IMG/VR virus record: IMGVR_UViG_3300031227_000091
Location: 1 to 46,385 of that record
Strand: one strand, 5' to 3'
Length of the DNA stretch: 46,385 nucleotides
Source of the DNA: a virus
Lineage: Duplodnaviria; Caudoviricetes
The position numbers and the translations under genes are program-made. Below are positions 45,584-46,385 of this stretch, piece after piece; within the stretch, counting starts at the first letter, position 1, and the number at the start of each line of letters is the position of its first letter. Under the pieces are notes generated by a model, which was not told where the DNA came from, did no database searches, and was given only the letters and a program-made list of their open reading frames with translations.

Positions 45584-45666
45584 ATATTATATTGTTTTAA
45601 TACAAAAGTCAAGCAAAAAACTTACATTTTTGTATCTTTTGTTCATATTTCTTACATTTTTGTAAG
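45584..45666 (-). promoter_or_regulatory. Late promoter for fibre/lysis operon with two operators
   Basis: TTGACT(45612-45607)-17-TAATAT; CTTACA-TTTT-TGTATC 45621-36 and CTTACA-TTTT-TGTAAG 45651-66. Confidence 0.75.
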
Positions 45667-45699
45667 ATTTTATTTTTCATACTCCTATTTTAATTATAT

Positions 45700-45978
45700 T
45701 TATTTATCCGCTGTTTGCGGTTTGAACTTATCGCATTTAACTGGATTACATTTTTTTGAACTATGACTTACTCTGCCGTCTGCTTCTATATCGCACATCA
45801 CCGTTTTAGGACTTCCGCACTTCTTGCACTCTTTGCCAAAAAACTTGTTTGTGTATTCGCCGTAAGTGCATTTATTAGGATCTATACCAGCTCTTAATAG
45901 TTTTGCTTTTTCTAAAAGCCTCCTGGCTGTTTCCTCGTATCTCTCTGCTGTTTTTATTAGTGTTTTATTCATAGTCAT
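45700..45978 (-). CDS. Cys-rich tail-tip-associated protein, variant B
   Basis: ATGA overlap with upstream gene; C-terminal region shared with variant A. Confidence 0.75.
   Translation of the reverse strand: MTMNKTLIKTAERYEETARRLLEKAKLLRAGIDPNKCTYGEYTNKFFGKECKKCGSPKTVMCDIEADGRVSHSSKKCNPVKCDKFKPQTADK
45762..45863. repeat. 102-bp exact direct repeat, copy 2
   Basis: Identical to 1-102. Confidence 0.97.
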
Positions 45979-46385
45979 ACCGATACACAATCTGCTGGAT
46001 CACACACACCAGTACAACATCCACTTTCTGTACAATCAGTAAAGATGCTTGGATTTACACCTTGTGCGTAACCGCAACCTGAATTATTATTAGAAACACA
46101 ATCCACAAAGGTACTATCATCACCACCAAAACCAACCCGACCATTATTAATGGCATAACAATTAGTAATGGTACTATTAGCATAAGCAAGAAACCCATCA
46201 TAATAACAACCGTTTGCTGTACAATCAATAGCGATATATCCTAATTTTGTATAGCTAAATCGTGCTCTCTCAGTAAAACCTCTTGCACAGTTTAACGCAG
46301 TACAATTTTCCATATAATAAACCCAATCAAAACCAGCGGAAGTACACTCTTTTGCTGTACAGTTAATTGCATAAGCAATATTATG
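45975..46385 (-). CDS. Partial Cys-rich parallel beta-helix protein (5' end outside window)
   Basis: Frame open to the window end (HNIAYAINCTAKECTSAGFDW...); repeated (N/D)CTAxxC..GF coils. Confidence 0.7.
   Translation of the reverse strand, partial: HNIAYAINCTAKECTSAGFDWVYYMENCTALNCARGFTERARFSYTKLGYIAIDCTANGCYYDGFLAYANSTITNCYAINNGRVGFGGDDSTFVDCVSNNNSGCGYAQGVNPSIFTDCTESGCCTGVCDPADCVSV

Noticed and set aside
1-46385. Alternative genetic code
   Set aside because: Core genes are full length in the standard code and TAA, TAG and TGA all act as stops.

Overview
This looks like an essentially complete, AT-rich tailed-phage genome of siphovirus type. Bases 1-102 are identical to 45762-45863, so the sequence closes into a circle of about 45.76 kb. 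The extra 45864-46385 is a second, different version of the tail-tip cassette. Minus-strand modules: TerS/TerL, portal, head morphogenesis, protease/scaffold, decoration, major capsid, neck, tail tube, tail chaperones with a -1 slippery site, tape measure, tail tip, fibres and an atypical lysis cassette with no recognisable endolysin. An early leftward arm carries recombination, N4C/N6A methyltransferase, replication initiator and DnaC-like loader genes. A divergent HTH/RHH control region drives a rightward arm of small genes. No integrase, polymerase, reverse transcriptase or CRISPR was seen. The most unusual content is two arrays of structured non-coding RNAs (19880-20189 and 31155-31648). 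Four units are tRNA-shaped: they keep a T-arm and a closing or acceptor stem (three also keep a D-arm), but the anticodon arm is enlarged, replaced by cargo, or cut to a GNRA tetraloop. The arrays share a scaffold, linkers and an identical 3' tail; one ends in an anti-Shine-Dalgarno hairpin and the other sits just upstream of an orphan HigA antitoxin. Other points of interest: a palindromic operator at three late promoters, a fibre-like protein with a signal peptide, a 48-unit Cys tripeptide repeat, fused gene relics and several single-base frameshifts. All family names come from manual motif recognition and all folds were paired by eye; no searches were run.
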